Assembly (NCBI GenBank): GCA_963704655.1
Contig: OY969927.1
Span: 608,001 to 672,000, forward strand
DNA from: an uncultured Candidatus Babeliaceae bacterium
GTDB lineage: Bacteria > Babelota > Babeliae > Babelales > Babelaceae
Length of the DNA: 64,000 bases
Direction: 5' to 3'
The notes under the pieces were generated by a model, which was not told the origin of the DNA, searched no databases, and saw nothing but the letters and a program-made list of their open reading frames with translations. A program made the position numbers and the translations under genes. Within the stretch, counting starts at the first letter, position 1. Every line of letters begins with the position of its first letter. Below are positions 1 to 12,751 of the stretch, piece after piece.

Positions 1-620
1 TTACCAATCGAAATATTTTTTTGATCAGCATTGCCAAGAACACCGATGGTTGCCCAACAATCGAGATGAATCATACGAATTTCACCAGATGGCATTTTTA
101 CGGTTGCATAATCATCCGCTTTAGCCATAAGTTGACATGATGTTCCAGCGCTTCGAGCAAGTTTTCCACCTGTACCAGGAGTCATTTCAATATTGTGAAC
201 CATAAAACCAACAGGGATAGAACGCAATGGTAAAGCATTTCCTACTTTAGCCTCAACTTCTTTTCCTGATATAACCGTTGAACCAACCGTTACATTTTGT
301 GGTAAAAGCATGTAGCTTTTTGAGCCATTAGCATAGACCACAAGTCCGATTCTTACGTTACGATTTGGATCATATTCAATAGTAGTAACTTTACCAGGAA
401 TATCATATTGATCTCTTTTGAAATCAATTAAACGATATTTCTGAAGAGCACCACCACCACGATGTCTAACCGTGATTCTTCCATAAGCATTACGACCACC
501 GTGCTTACGCAATCCTATAACCAGAGATTTTTCTGGTGTAGATGTCGTAATATCACTTGAGTCTAAATACGTTTGGAAACGTAATGAAGCATTTCTAGGT
601 TTACGTGTAACAATAGCCAT
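1..620 (-). CDS. rplB: 50S ribosomal protein L2 (5' part; runs off window edge)
   Basis: Reverse strand from ATG at 620 reads [16 protein letters not shown]...GGRNAYGRITVRHRGGG...IEYDPNRNVRI; position after rplW. Confidence 0.95.
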   Translation of the reverse strand, partial: MAIVTRKPRNASLRFQTYLDSSDITTSTPEKSLVIGLRKHGGRNAYGRITVRHRGGGALQKYRLIDFKRDQYDIPGKVTTIEYDPNRNVRIGLVVYANGSKSYMLLPQNVTVGSTVISGKEVEAKVGNALPLRSIPVGFMVHNIEMTPGTGGKLARSAGTSCQLMAKADDYATVKMPSGEIRMIHLDCWATIGVLGNADQKNISIG

Positions 621-955
621 TATTCACCACCCTTTGCTGATTCAGTCGAACCGGCATCAGAAGATGTCCAATTCATAATATCAATTGACTGGCCTTCTTT
701 AAGAGTTACATACGCTTTTTTTCGTGTCTTGCCTTGAAAAATATGGCGTCCGGAACGTTTGAATTTTCCTTTAGACACAACAATACGAATCTTATCAGCC
801 GTTACGTTAAACAATTCTCTAAGTGCCTGCGCAATCAATGGCTTATTAGCCTGTGGGTGTACTTCAAGAACCAACTGGTTAAATTGTTGGTTAAGACGGT
901 ACACTTTGTTAGATATGCGTGGGCCCTTAATGATGTTATAGATACTTAAGTCCAT
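620..955 (-). CDS. rplW: 50S ribosomal protein L23
   Basis: [28 protein letters not shown] motifs; S10 operon order. Confidence 0.93.
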   Translation of the reverse strand: MDLSIYNIIKGPRISNKVYRLNQQFNQLVLEVHPQANKPLIAQALRELFNVTADKIRIVVSKGKFKRSGRHIFQGKTRKKAYVTLKEGQSIDIMNWTSSDAGSTESAKGGE

Positions 956-1569
956 AAGCCGACCATTTCTTTAAATAAATCGCTATCTTTTGCTAAAAAC
1001 ATCCAATTATCGCCATTCGCTAATGTAAACGCATTTGGCTGATCAAAAAAGATCATTGAAACATTTGGAATATTAGCAAATGATGCTTGTGTTATAAAAT
1101 CATACGTTGAAACAAAAAACACCACTTTTTTATCCGCAAGTCCTGCCTGTTTTAAAGCAGAGTATGCTAAAGCTGTTTTCGGTCTTTCATCAGCAGACCA
1201 ATTCAACGAAATTACATTTTGAGCTTCAAGCTTAGACCACAATAAATCAGTAAAAACTTCTCTTTTGTGATTTTTTGTAACTTTAAGCGTTCTTACACGT
1301 TCCTGTGGACCAAAAGTTACACCACCTTTACGCCAAAGTGGTGAACGAGGACTTCCAGCACGTGCACGACCCGTTCCTTTTTGTTTCCAAGGTTTTTTAT
1401 TGGAAAAAGCAACTTCTGATCGATCTTTACATCCAACGGTACCTTGACGCCAATTTTGCATCAATGCACGAATATATTGTGCAAGGGCTTTAGTATTGGT
1501 TGTAGTCTCTGTACGCGCAGAAAGTTCTAAATCTGCCGGTGTAAGTACTGTTTTAATTACCTGCGTCAT
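946..1569 (-). CDS. rplD: 50S ribosomal protein L4
   Basis: [31 protein letters not shown] signature. Confidence 0.96.
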   Translation of the reverse strand: MTQVIKTVLTPADLELSARTETTTNTKALAQYIRALMQNWRQGTVGCKDRSEVAFSNKKPWKQKGTGRARAGSPRSPLWRKGGVTFGPQERVRTLKVTKNHKREVFTDLLWSKLEAQNVISLNWSADERPKTALAYSALKQAGLADKKVVFFVSTYDFITQASFANIPNVSMIFFDQPNAFTLANGDNWMFLAKDSDLFKEMVGLWT

Positions 1570-2202
1570 TAATTACCCCCACGTTTTTTTAGATAAACGA
1601 GTGACCCGGATTTTCCTGGAATTGAGCCCTTAACAAGAACAATACGTGCTTGTGGTTCAATTTGCACAACTTCAAGATTTTTAATCATGCAGCGGTCTAC
1701 GCCCATATGTCCTGGCATACGTTTATTTTTCATAACACGACCCTGGCTTCTCATAAAACCGAGAGATCCACCTTTACGGCCAAGCTTGCTACCATGAGTA
1801 GCAACACCACCCGTAAAACCATGTCGTTTCACGCCGCCTTGAAAGCCACGTCCAATGGAGACACCAACAACATCAACATTATCACCTTTAGTAATAAATT
1901 CGTTGAATGTTAAAAGCGCTACCAACCTGAAGATCTTGTGTAAGATCTTCAACTAAACGTACTTCTCTGCGCACGCTAAAATATTTTTGTGGTTCTTCCA
2001 TCCATGAGGATGAGAACTCACTCGCTTCAAATCGCTTTTTCACGCATCCAAGCTGCACAGCGCTGTACCCATCTTTTTGCGTGGTTTTGACTTGCGTCAC
2101 AACCCAACGTGCAAGATCAATAACAGTTACTGGCACCACTTTATGATCATCGGAAAAAACCTGGGTCATTCCAATTTTTTTACCCCAGAAACCATTCATC
2201 AT
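1569..2202 (-). CDS. rplC: 50S ribosomal protein L3, one apparent frameshift near 1912-1915
   Basis: [10 protein letters not shown]...PVTVI in one frame and [13 protein letters not shown]...KRMPGHMG in another; removing one base from the A4 run joins them. Confidence 0.92.
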
Positions 2203-2219
2203 TACATGACCTTTCATAC

Positions 2220-2526
2220 TTATTTAATTTCAACATCAACACCAGATGAAATATTCAATTTCATCAAAGCATCCATCGTTTGATCTGATGGAGAAACAAT
2301 ATCTAAAATTCGTACTATGCGTCGTAATTTCAAATTGCTCACGCGATTTTTTATCAATATGAGGAGAGCGCAAAACAGTAAAAAATTTCCATTGATTTGG
2401 AAGAGGAACAGGCCCCACAACATGTGACCCTGTTCTTTTAACCGTCAAAACAATTTGTCTAACTGCTTTATCAAGCAAATGATGATCGTAAGATTTTAAT
2501 GTTAAACGAATTTTTTGTTTTTTCAT
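2220..2526 (-). CDS. rpsJ: 30S ribosomal protein S10, frameshifted near the 3' end
   Basis: [11 protein letters not shown]...GPVPLP...[14 protein letters not shown], then [17 protein letters not shown] in another frame. Confidence 0.92.
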
Positions 2527-2545
2527 CAATTATCTATCCATTCGA

Positions 2546-3749
<1,204 letters not shown>

Positions 3750-3798
3750 AGTTATCTCCTGACAACCTATATAATTAAATACACTATTCTATAACTTC

Positions 3799-5884
3799 TT
3801 ATATCTTATTCGCACTAAAATTTGTTCTTGAGCATGTTTTAGGAACTTCACGATAGCATTCAAATTCCATGGAATAACTTGCACGACCTTTAGTCATAGA
3901 ACGCAATGTCGTTGCATAACCAAACATCTCTGCCAAAGGAACTTCTGCCATGATAACTTGAGATCCCCCTTTGCTCTCCATTCCCAAAATTCTGCCACGA
4001 CGAGAGTTTAAGATCTCCCATAACATCACCCATATATTCTTCAGGCGTTTCTACTTCAACCTTCATTATAGGTTCAAGAAACATGGATGCAGCTTTCGTC
4101 ATACCATCTTTAAATGCCATAGATGCAGCAATTTTAAATGCAATTTCAGAAGAGTCAACATCATGATATGAACCATCATAAACTGTTACTTTAAAATCAA
4201 CAACAGGATATCCACCTAAAACACCAGAATTTATGGCTTCTCAAAACCTTTTTCAACCCAGGAATAAATTCACTTGGAATCGTTCCACCAACAATTTCAT
4301 TTTCAAATTCAAAACCTTTGCCTCGTTCAAGAGGTTCAAATTTAAACCACACATGACCATATTGACCACGTACCACCAGATTGACTAATGAACTTACCTT
4401 CAGCCTCAACAGGCTTTTGAATCGTTTCTTTATAAGCAACTTGAAGCTTACCTTGAGTCAACTTCAACCTTATGTTCACGCTTCAAACGATCAACAATAA
4501 TTTCTAGATGCAATTCACCCATACCAGTAATAACCGTTTGACCTGTTTCTTCATTATAAGAAAATCTGAAACGATGGATCTTCTTGCATCAATTTACGCA
4601 AGCGCAAGACCCATTTTTTCATAATCAGCTTTATTTTTTGGCTCAACAGATGTAGAAATAACTGGATCTGGAATATCAATATTTTCAAGCAAAATTGGAT
4701 GACTCTTCATCACACAATGTATCACCAGTTATAGCATCTTTAACACCAACAATAGCAGCAATATCACCAGCACGAAGCTCATTTAATTTCTTCTCGTTTA
4801 TTTGCATGCATTTTAACCAAACGACTTACTCGTTCTTTATTACCCTTGGTAGCATTATACACATATGAACCAGATTTAACGTTCCTGAATAAACACGAAC
4901 GAAAGTTAAAACACCCAACAAAAGGATCTGTCATAATTTTAAATGCTAGACGCACAAAATGGCTGCATCAGGATGATGTTTCACGCATTTCAACTAGCAT
5001 CAGTATTTGGATCAATACCTTTAACTGGCGGAACATCTAAAGGAGAAGGTAAATAATCAACAACACCATCAAGCAACAAGCTGAACACCTTTATTTTTAA
5101 ATGCAGTACCACAGAAAGCTGGAACAACTTTACGTTCAATAACACCTTTACGCAAAGCCGCTTTAATTTCTTCAATCGTAATAGGCTTCTTCATTAAAAA
5201 TTTTTCAGCAAGTGCATCATCAAAATCAGCATGCCTTTTCAACAATTTTTGCACATTGCTCTTCGACTTGTTCTTTATATTCTTCAGGAACTTCATGCCA
5301 ATTCAACATTATTTCCCATATTCACCACTCAAATGTGGCCATTTTTCTAGTTAAAACATCAATAATACCAGTAAAATTTTCAGATCCCAACTGGAATTTG
5401 CATAGCAACAGCATTAGCTGCAACTTTATATTAATATCTTTAACAACACGCAAAATAATCAGCCACCAATACGATCCAACTTATTAACAAAAATAATACG
5501 CGGAACCTTATAACGATTTGCTTGGCGCCAAACTGTTTCAGATTGAGGCTGAACACCACCAACACCACAAAAAACAGCAACAACACCATCAAGAACACGC
5601 AATGATCGTCCAACTTCAATGGTAAAATCTACGTGCCAGGAGTATCAATAATATTAATATGATAATTTTTCCAACAACATGTAGTTGCAGCAGAAGTAAT
5701 AGTAATACCACGCTCTCTTTCTTGCTCCATCCAGTCCATGGTCGCTTCACCTTCATGAACTTCACCAATCTTATGAGAAATACCGGTATAAAAAAGAATA
5801 CGCTCAGTAACGGTTGTTTTACCGGCATCGATATGTGCTGCAATACCTATATTTCTATATCTATCTAATGGATACTCATTACAT
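3799..5884 (-). CDS. fusA: Elongation factor G, multiple apparent frameshifts
   Basis: [90 protein letters not shown] in shifting frames; 3' end approximate. Confidence 0.92.
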
Positions 5885-5895
5885 ACTTCCCTTAC

Positions 5896-6380
5896 TTACC
5901 AAGCATAATGTGAAAATGCGCGGTTAGCTTCTGCCATTCTATGCACATCAAGTTTTTTCTTAACGGCATTGCCACGACCTTCATACGCTTCAATAAGTTC
6001 ATGAGCCAAGCGCTCACCCATAGTTTTATCAGAACGACTTGCTGCAGCTGCAATAAGCCAACGCATAAGCCAATGCTCTACCACGATAAGGACTCACTTC
6101 GGTAGGAATTTGATAAACACTACCACCAACACGTCGTGGACGAACTTCAATAGCAGGAATAATTTGTTCAAGAGCACTATGCAAACATATTGAGTGCTTT
6201 ATCTTGATCGCCTGAACTTTTTTTACTAAGAATATCAAATGCATCATAGACAATAGTACGAGCGGCATTTTTCTTACCACGCTCCATAACAATGTTAATA
6301 AATTTTTGAACATCTTCTGAACCATAACGAACGTCTGGCTCAATAGTCTCTTATAAAATTTACGATTTACGCCTTGCCAT
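5896..6380 (-). CDS. rpsG: 30S ribosomal protein S7, frameshifted
   Basis: [18 protein letters not shown] and [27 protein letters not shown] at 6380. Confidence 0.92.
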
Positions 6381-6391
6381 ATTGTATTACC

Positions 6392-6769
<378 letters not shown>

Positions 6770-6998
6770 AGTTCTATATATCCATACGTTTTAACGGTGT
6801 AATTAATAATTTTTCTACTGTAAATTAAGGTAGACGCTTCCTTTAATTGTAGCTTTTTTACTAATTTTTTCAAGTGGTCAATTTTAACAAGCTTATTTAT
6901 TACTTCCCGGACTAACCACGGCAGGGTGTAAAAGTACCATTTTTATGATAGGCTTAATGGCATAAAATATCTTTTTTGTATCTCAATCAGGAGTATTC

Positions 6999-8135
6999 AT
7001 GCAACTTTCTGCACTTATTATGTATCTTCCTTTTATCTTAGCTGGCGCCTTAGGTTTTGGATTTCTTGTTGGCTTTCATGAGCTAGGCCATTTTCTCTTT
7101 TGTAAGCTCTTTGGTGTAAAGACCCCTTCATTTTCTATTGGCTTTGGTCCACAACTTCTTAAAAAGAAGATTGGTGATACCATATTTACCCTTTCCGCTC
7201 TCCCTTTTGGCGGGTATGTTGAAATCGCGGGCTCGGAAGAACCTGGTCAAGGCGAACAAAAAGAAAGCAAAAGTACCGCTCCAGATTCTTTTGCCATTAA
7301 ACCTTATTACCAAAAAATGCTCATTATAGCTGGTGGCATCGTATTTAACTTAATCTTTGCCTATATAGCCGTTACGCTCGCGTTTATTCTTGGGGCGCCA
7401 AAAACACCACTTTTATTCCCCAATAGCGCAACATCCGACATCGAGACACTTGTAGAAGATTCAGCTGCTGCCCATGCAGGACTTGTTGTGGGCGACACTA
7501 TTGAAGGGATCAAAGCTGGAGATGAACTTTATGAGCTTACCAAGCTTCCTTTACCCGTCTTTATGCAAAAGCTCATGCAAACACTCAGCGCACAGCGTGG
7601 CAAAGAGGTTACCTTACGTATTACCCATCACGAAAGTTCCGAAGTTTCTACAACTCGTGACGTTACGGTAACATTAGGCGATAAAGGCCTTGGTGTTTCA
7701 TTCGAATTTCTCCCGGTCAAAGCAAGCAGCTTTATGCAAGCGCTTCAAATGGGTATTAAGCAAACTAATTTCTGGATCTTTTCAACCATAGATGCATTAA
7801 CCAAGCTTTTTAGAGAAAAATCGGTTAAAGGTATCGGCGGGCCGGTTATGGTTATTAGCCACATGGTCAAAGGCGCAGAAAAGGGTTTTGTAGTCTTTCT
7901 GCTCTTTTTAGCATTTATCTCCGTTAACCTTGCCGTTATGAATCTTATCCCATTACCGGTCTTTGATGGTGGTCAAGCACTTTTTTACACTATCGAAGCA
8001 ATAATGGGCAGACCGCTCCATGAAAACATCAGAAATGGCATTGCCTATGCAACGTGGGTGCTCTTATTAGCGCTGATCGTTTGGATTACCATCCAAGACA
8101 TTTTAGTTCTTGCCAAACCCTATTTTGGTTTATAA
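6999..8135 (+). CDS. rseP: Site-2 membrane zinc metalloprotease (M50, RseP-like) with PDZ-like region
   Basis: HELGH zinc motif, FSIGFGP, LPFGGYV, NLIPLPVFDGG. Confidence 0.9.
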   Translation: MQLSALIMYLPFILAGALGFGFLVGFHELGHFLFCKLFGVKTPSFSIGFGPQLLKKKIGDTIFTLSALPFGGYVEIAGSEEPGQGEQKESKSTAPDSFAIKPYYQKMLIIAGGIVFNLIFAYIAVTLAFILGAPKTPLLFPNSATSDIETLVEDSAAAHAGLVVGDTIEGIKAGDELYELTKLPLPVFMQKLMQTLSAQRGKEVTLRITHHESSEVSTTRDVTVTLGDKGLGVSFEFLPVKASSFMQALQMGIKQTNFWIFSTIDALTKLFREKSVKGIGGPVMVISHMVKGAEKGFVVFLLFLAFISVNLAVMNLIPLPVFDGGQALFYTIEAIMGRPLHENIRNGIAYATWVLLLALIVWITIQDILVLAKPYFGL

Positions 8136-8258
8136 AATCTTTAAAAAATCTCTTATTTGGGGGCTTTTCTTGCCCCCTTTTTCTTAAAACTCTTTATTTC
8201 ACACAACCTGATTAAGTATACTTAAAGTAATAAGTTATAATTTAAAAGAGAGTATACT

Positions 8259-9377
8259 ATGATATCAGCAAAAAACATTGCCCTTATTGTTGGGCTATTT
8301 ATAGCTTCAGCGCACCTATACTGCACAGAGAACACAAGAACACCTGAAGAAATACATGGCTATTATCTGAATCTGATCAATGAGGCTCAAGATCAAAACG
8401 ATTTGGGTGAAATTGATAACGCAAGAACACTTTATAACGAAATTATTACTACTCAAGAAGATATCCCCACTCAATTACGAAATTCAGCACGCCTTAAATT
8501 AGCCCAAATGCTGTTATACGGCTCCCCAAAAAGGCCTAATGAGGAAGAAACTGTGTATATTTTGGGACTTTTAAATGATATTGTTGAAAGCCCTCTTAAT
8601 CAAGTGGATATAAATGACTGGGCGCAAGCACATCTTATACTAGCAGACCTTTTATTGGCACACATTGATACATTGAAATTACAATCACCTGAGCATTATC
8701 ATGCAAACCTCGATTCTGCAATGGGGGATTATGTTTCTGTACTCGAACAACGACATAACTTAAAGCCGTGGATTGTTTATACTGCTGCAGTAAGATGCAT
8801 AGAGCTTGTTTATAACCATCCAATATTAACACAAAATATGCGTTCTAAGTTAAACTTTATGCTCGCTTACCGGTATATGGTCGATGCATATAACAATTTG
8901 TCAGATGAAGAAAAAGGAGATAGCACTATCCCTGGTATATTTGAGCTTAATACCATTCGAATTCATTATATACAACAACTTATAAAAGACGCTGACTATA
9001 CTCAGGCCCGTAAAGTATTAAACACTATTATTACAGCTCAAGATCCGAGCGTAGACCAAGCGACTAAAAACAAGGCTCGATTGCTTCTTGCTGAAACATT
9101 CACCATACAATCTAAATATACTCAAGCCCGTCAAATTTTAAACTATATTATTACTACTCAAAATCCAGAGGTAGATCAACCAACTAAAAATCGCGCACGC
9201 GTGATCCTGGCTGACATGAATCTACATGGCGAAGGATTGCCTAACAACGCGCCTGATATACCTGCAGCTAAAGAACTTTATAAAACAGTGGTAGAACAAG
9301 CTGAGATTAATATTATGGAAAATGACAAAAATAAAGCAGAACTTGCATTAAAGTTTATAAATAGGAAGAAGATATGA
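8259..9377 (+). CDS. Secreted TPR/Sel1-like helical repeat protein, paralog 1
   Basis: Signal-peptide-like N-terminus; C-terminal LADMNLHGEGLPNNAPDIPAAKELY Sel1-like motif; internal 40-aa repeat. Confidence 0.7.
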   Translation: MISAKNIALIVGLFIASAHLYCTENTRTPEEIHGYYLNLINEAQDQNDLGEIDNARTLYNEIITTQEDIPTQLRNSARLKLAQMLLYGSPKRPNEEETVYILGLLNDIVESPLNQVDINDWAQAHLILADLLLAHIDTLKLQSPEHYHANLDSAMGDYVSVLEQRHNLKPWIVYTAAVRCIELVYNHPILTQNMRSKLNFMLAYRYMVDAYNNLSDEEKGDSTIPGIFELNTIRIHYIQQLIKDADYTQARKVLNTIITAQDPSVDQATKNKARLLLAETFTIQSKYTQARQILNYIITTQNPEVDQPTKNRARVILADMNLHGEGLPNNAPDIPAAKELYKTVVEQAEINIMENDKNKAELALKFINRKKI

Positions 9378-10393
9378 AATTACTAAAACGCTTACTATCA
9401 TTAATGCTTCTCTTACTTGCTTATGCACCATCTGTTTCTTCCGCAGAAAGAACCATAACGCCACAAGAGCTTTTAGAACATTATAAGACTATGCTTGATG
9501 AAGCAATATGGCTAGATGGTGACAACAAAATCGATAAGGCCCGAGAACTCTATGAACGGATTATTTATAGCCCTTATCCATTGCCAATTTCTTTGCGTAC
9601 AAAAGCGGCTTATAATATGGCAGAGATGTTATACAATCAAAATAAAGTGCTAAAAACACCCTATAACAATATTATATATATTAGTGAACTGTTATCTTTT
9701 GTTACGAATGAACCTATTGAGACAATCGATTCAAACATCTGGGCTGATTCCCATCTTCTATTGGGCCAAATTGCTCTAGAAGGAGTGCTCACACCCGACC
9801 ATCAACCAGATGTTGCTTTTGCACGACAACACTTTTTTAAAATTTTTACCTTTAGAGCCAATCTAGACCCTTTGACTGTCTTTAAAGCTGCAATAACTTT
9901 GGCAGAGTATGTTTATGAAAATCCATCATTATTGGACCTTTATAGAATAAATATGTTGCTCGCTTACCGGTATATGATCGAAGCGTATGGTGCAACGCCT
10001 GACCACTATAAAAATGAAATCGATATGCCCGGTATCAACAAATATCCTATTGCTCGATTTCATTATGCACAGCAGCTTTTACAAGTGACTGGCATTTTTA
10101 ATAAAAGGGATAATTATATGCAAGCTCGCGAAATATTAAGCGATATCATAACCGTTCAAGACCCATATATAGATCAAAAAACTATAAACCGCGCACGGGT
10201 AATGCTTGCTGGCATGAATCTGCGTGGCGAAGGGTTACCTAATAATACGCCTGATATACCTGCGGCCAAAGAACTGTATAAAACCGTGCTCTCTCAGCCG
10301 AAAAATACTGTTATAAAAGAAGATATAACTAAAGCAAAAGTTGCACTGGATCTTATCAATCTGAATAGAAAACGAAAAAGAACAGAAGAATAA
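9374..10393 (+). CDS. Secreted TPR/Sel1-like helical repeat protein, paralog 2
   Basis: Signal peptide; LAGMNLRGEGLPNNTPDIPAAKELY; ends RKRKRTEE. Confidence 0.7.
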   Translation: MKLLKRLLSLMLLLLAYAPSVSSAERTITPQELLEHYKTMLDEAIWLDGDNKIDKARELYERIIYSPYPLPISLRTKAAYNMAEMLYNQNKVLKTPYNNIIYISELLSFVTNEPIETIDSNIWADSHLLLGQIALEGVLTPDHQPDVAFARQHFFKIFTFRANLDPLTVFKAAITLAEYVYENPSLLDLYRINMLLAYRYMIEAYGATPDHYKNEIDMPGINKYPIARFHYAQQLLQVTGIFNKRDNYMQAREILSDIITVQDPYIDQKTINRARVMLAGMNLRGEGLPNNTPDIPAAKELYKTVLSQPKNTVIKEDITKAKVALDLINLNRKRKRTEE

Positions 10394-10406
10394 AAAGGAA
10401 TAACTC

Positions 10407-11453
10407 ATGAAATTTCAAAAAAAATTACTATCGTTAATGCTTCTCTTACTTGCTTATGCACCAAATATATCATCAACAGAAAGAACCCAAACAGAACAAG
10501 AACTTTCAGACTATTATCATAATCTGCTTGAAGAAGCGATACTATTAGAAGAAAATGGAGGTATCGAGCAAGCAGAAGAAATATATAATGAAATCATTAC
10601 GAGTAACCAAGTACCAGAATTTTTACTCATTGAAGCATTAACCCACAAAGCAAAAATGCTCTATAATGCTTATGAGGGAAGCACTAATTATACGGAAAAA
10701 TTACCAAGCATTATTGAGCTTTTAAAAAATGTTGTTAACCACCCTGCAAAAGAAGAATATATACAATTTTGGGCAGAGGCGCATCTTTTATTAGCACAAA
10801 TATATCTTGATCTATTTGCAGAAAATAATGACCTTGCAAATATAAAATCAGCAATTAAACATTACGGTAGTATTTTAACAAGTCCCTTCACGATTGACCC
10901 AAAAATTACCTTTAAAGCAGCCCTTCATTACACTGAACTTGTCAATATATACTCTGATGATTTAGGTCTAAAAATTAATACTAGAATACCTTCAGAAATT
11001 ATGCTGGAAACATACTACAATATGATTCCACAAGAAGAAAGAAATAACGACATACCTTCCCAACTAGACCTTTTGCGTGTTCTGCTTCAAACAAAGCTTC
11101 GTACTGACCTTGCCATGGCCCAGCAACTTATTGTTTTACCACAGGTGAATAGCCCAATATCAAACGCTGTTCAAGCTCGTAAGCTATTAAATAACATTCT
11201 TATTGCTCCTTATAATGATTCATCAATCTTAAAAATCAAAAATCGAGCACGTCTTATTCTTGCCGGTATGAACTTACGCGGGCAAGGGCTGCCTAATAAT
11301 GCGCCTAATGTACCCGCTGCCACTGAGCTCTATCAGCTAGTCGCATCTCAACCAGAAGATTCAGTTATGAAAGGCGATAAAAATAAAGCAGCAGTTGCGC
11401 TGAATCTCATGAACCGCAATCAAAAACGCAAAAGAACAGAGATTGAAGAGTAA
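10407..11453 (+). CDS. Secreted TPR/Sel1-like helical repeat protein, paralog 3
   Basis: Signal peptide nearly identical to paralog 2; LAGMNLRGQGLPNNAPNVPAATELY; ends QKRKRTEIEE. Confidence 0.7.
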   Translation: MKFQKKLLSLMLLLLAYAPNISSTERTQTEQELSDYYHNLLEEAILLEENGGIEQAEEIYNEIITSNQVPEFLLIEALTHKAKMLYNAYEGSTNYTEKLPSIIELLKNVVNHPAKEEYIQFWAEAHLLLAQIYLDLFAENNDLANIKSAIKHYGSILTSPFTIDPKITFKAALHYTELVNIYSDDLGLKINTRIPSEIMLETYYNMIPQEERNNDIPSQLDLLRVLLQTKLRTDLAMAQQLIVLPQVNSPISNAVQARKLLNNILIAPYNDSSILKIKNRARLILAGMNLRGQGLPNNAPNVPAATELYQLVASQPEDSVMKGDKNKAAVALNLMNRNQKRKRTEIEE

Positions 11454-11498
11454 TTCAGGCTCTGTTTTCCAATAAAGAAATACATAATTCAAAGATAT

Positions 11499-11533
11499 AA
11501 AAAAAAGCCCCGATTATCTTCGGGGCTTTTTTT
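11499..11533. terminator. Bidirectional intrinsic terminator, GCCCCGA family
   Basis: A-tract GCCCCGA ttatct TCGGGGC T-tract. Confidence 0.85.
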
Positions 11534-11664
11534 ATAATAAGTGCTCAAAAGAATAATAATTAAAAAACTATATTTTCTTCAATATTTATGGCACTTTTGT
11601 TATAGTTAAATGACCGTTTACCAGTCGCACATAAAATATACACAACCAAAACAAAGGATGATTC

Positions 11665-12165
11665 ATGAAAAAACTTATTATGTTCACAAGCCTTTTATCG
11701 GTAAGTTCATTAATGATAGCAAAATCGACAGTGCCAACACCGCTAAAACCAGCGATAGTAGGTAAAGTTTACAGCACTTGCCAGCTCAAGCAATTGGAAA
11801 ATGCTGATAAACTCTGCGAACAAGGGAAGTTACTCGCCGCAGCGAAAGCGTTAGAAAATTTAAGCGTCGAAAAAAAGCATAAAAATAAGAAATTAAGAGA
11901 AATAGCGTCTGTGAAGTTATATTTGCTACGTAATGATGTTCGATATGTAGAACAAAAAGATTTAGAAAACAAAAAAATTGCTTCTCAGAGCAAGCAACTC
12001 TTGGGAAAATTAAATAAAGCACATGAGCTCGAACTTCAAGGCAAATATTCTAAAGCCGCTACACTTTATAAAGAACTCTCGCATGCGCCAAAACTTCACA
12101 TGGCAATACGAAACTCGGCAAGTCAGTTCCTAAATGAAATGCGCCAATCCGGACAAATTAAGTAA
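11665..12165 (+). CDS. Secreted helical protein (paralog of 13855..14349)
   Basis: Signal peptide; two TPR-like units (AD..C.QGKLLAAA; QGKYSKAATLYKELS). Confidence 0.7.
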   Translation: MKKLIMFTSLLSVSSLMIAKSTVPTPLKPAIVGKVYSTCQLKQLENADKLCEQGKLLAAAKALENLSVEKKHKNKKLREIASVKLYLLRNDVRYVEQKDLENKKIASQSKQLLGKLNKAHELELQGKYSKAATLYKELSHAPKLHMAIRNSASQFLNEMRQSGQIK

Positions 12166-12176
12166 TTTGAAACAAG

Positions 12177-12205
12177 AAAAGCCCCGAGAAATTCGGGGCT
12201 TTTTT
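12177..12205. terminator. Intrinsic terminator, GCCCCGA family
   Basis: AAAA GCCCCGA gaaat TCGGGGC TTTTTT. Confidence 0.85.
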
Positions 12206-12252
12206 ATTATAATAACTACGCCAATACACCTATGAATAAATAAAAAAAGCTA

Positions 12253-12282
12253 TTGCCTCTTTAATATATTTTCACTTATACT
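12253..12282 (+). promoter_or_regulatory. Sigma70-like promoter of the shared leader module (type A)
   Basis: TTGCCT-18 bp-TATACT; near-identical copy at ~14967-14996. Confidence 0.6.
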
Positions 12283-12321
12283 TAAAGTGCTAGGTATAAC
12301 AAATAAATATTAGGTGAATTT

Positions 12322-12702
12322 ATGAAAAACAAATTAATTATTTTAATGGGCCTTTTGAGCCTCAGTGTTCTCAATGCATCACAAGAACCCATTACCGTGG
12401 CATCGATCGCAGCTGCAAATAGACAATTTTTTTTGGGGAATCAACTCAGAAAAGCCGAAAACAGCACAACAAAAAAAGATGCACAAAAAATTGAAAAAAA
12501 AGAAAAACAACAAATAAAAGAAGCAAATCGCTTGACAGAGAGATTAGAGTCGGCAGATGAAAAACGCAAGAAGCATAAATATCCAGAAGCTGCCGCAATA
12601 TACCTAGAACTTAGTAGTAATTCTCAAGCCGCTTTCCATGTCATAACAGGCTTGGCCGCCCTGCACCTAAAAGAGATGCGTGATGCGGAACAAATTAAAT
12701 AA
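12322..12702 (+). CDS. Secreted protein, MKNKL-leader family; C-terminus resembles 11665/13855 family
   Basis: MKNKLIILMGLLSLSVLNA leader; KYPEAAAIYLELS...EMRDAEQIK. Confidence 0.7.
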   Translation: MKNKLIILMGLLSLSVLNASQEPITVASIAAANRQFFLGNQLRKAENSTTKKDAQKIEKKEKQQIKEANRLTERLESADEKRKKHKYPEAAAIYLELSSNSQAAFHVITGLAALHLKEMRDAEQIK

Positions 12703-12734
12703 AAAAAGCCCCGAGAAATTCGGGGATTTTTTTT
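12701..12734. terminator. Bidirectional terminator, GCCCCGA family
   Basis: A7 GCCCCGA gaaat TCGGGGA T-tract between convergent genes. Confidence 0.8.
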
Positions 12735-12751
12735 GCATTGTAAAAACCTGA

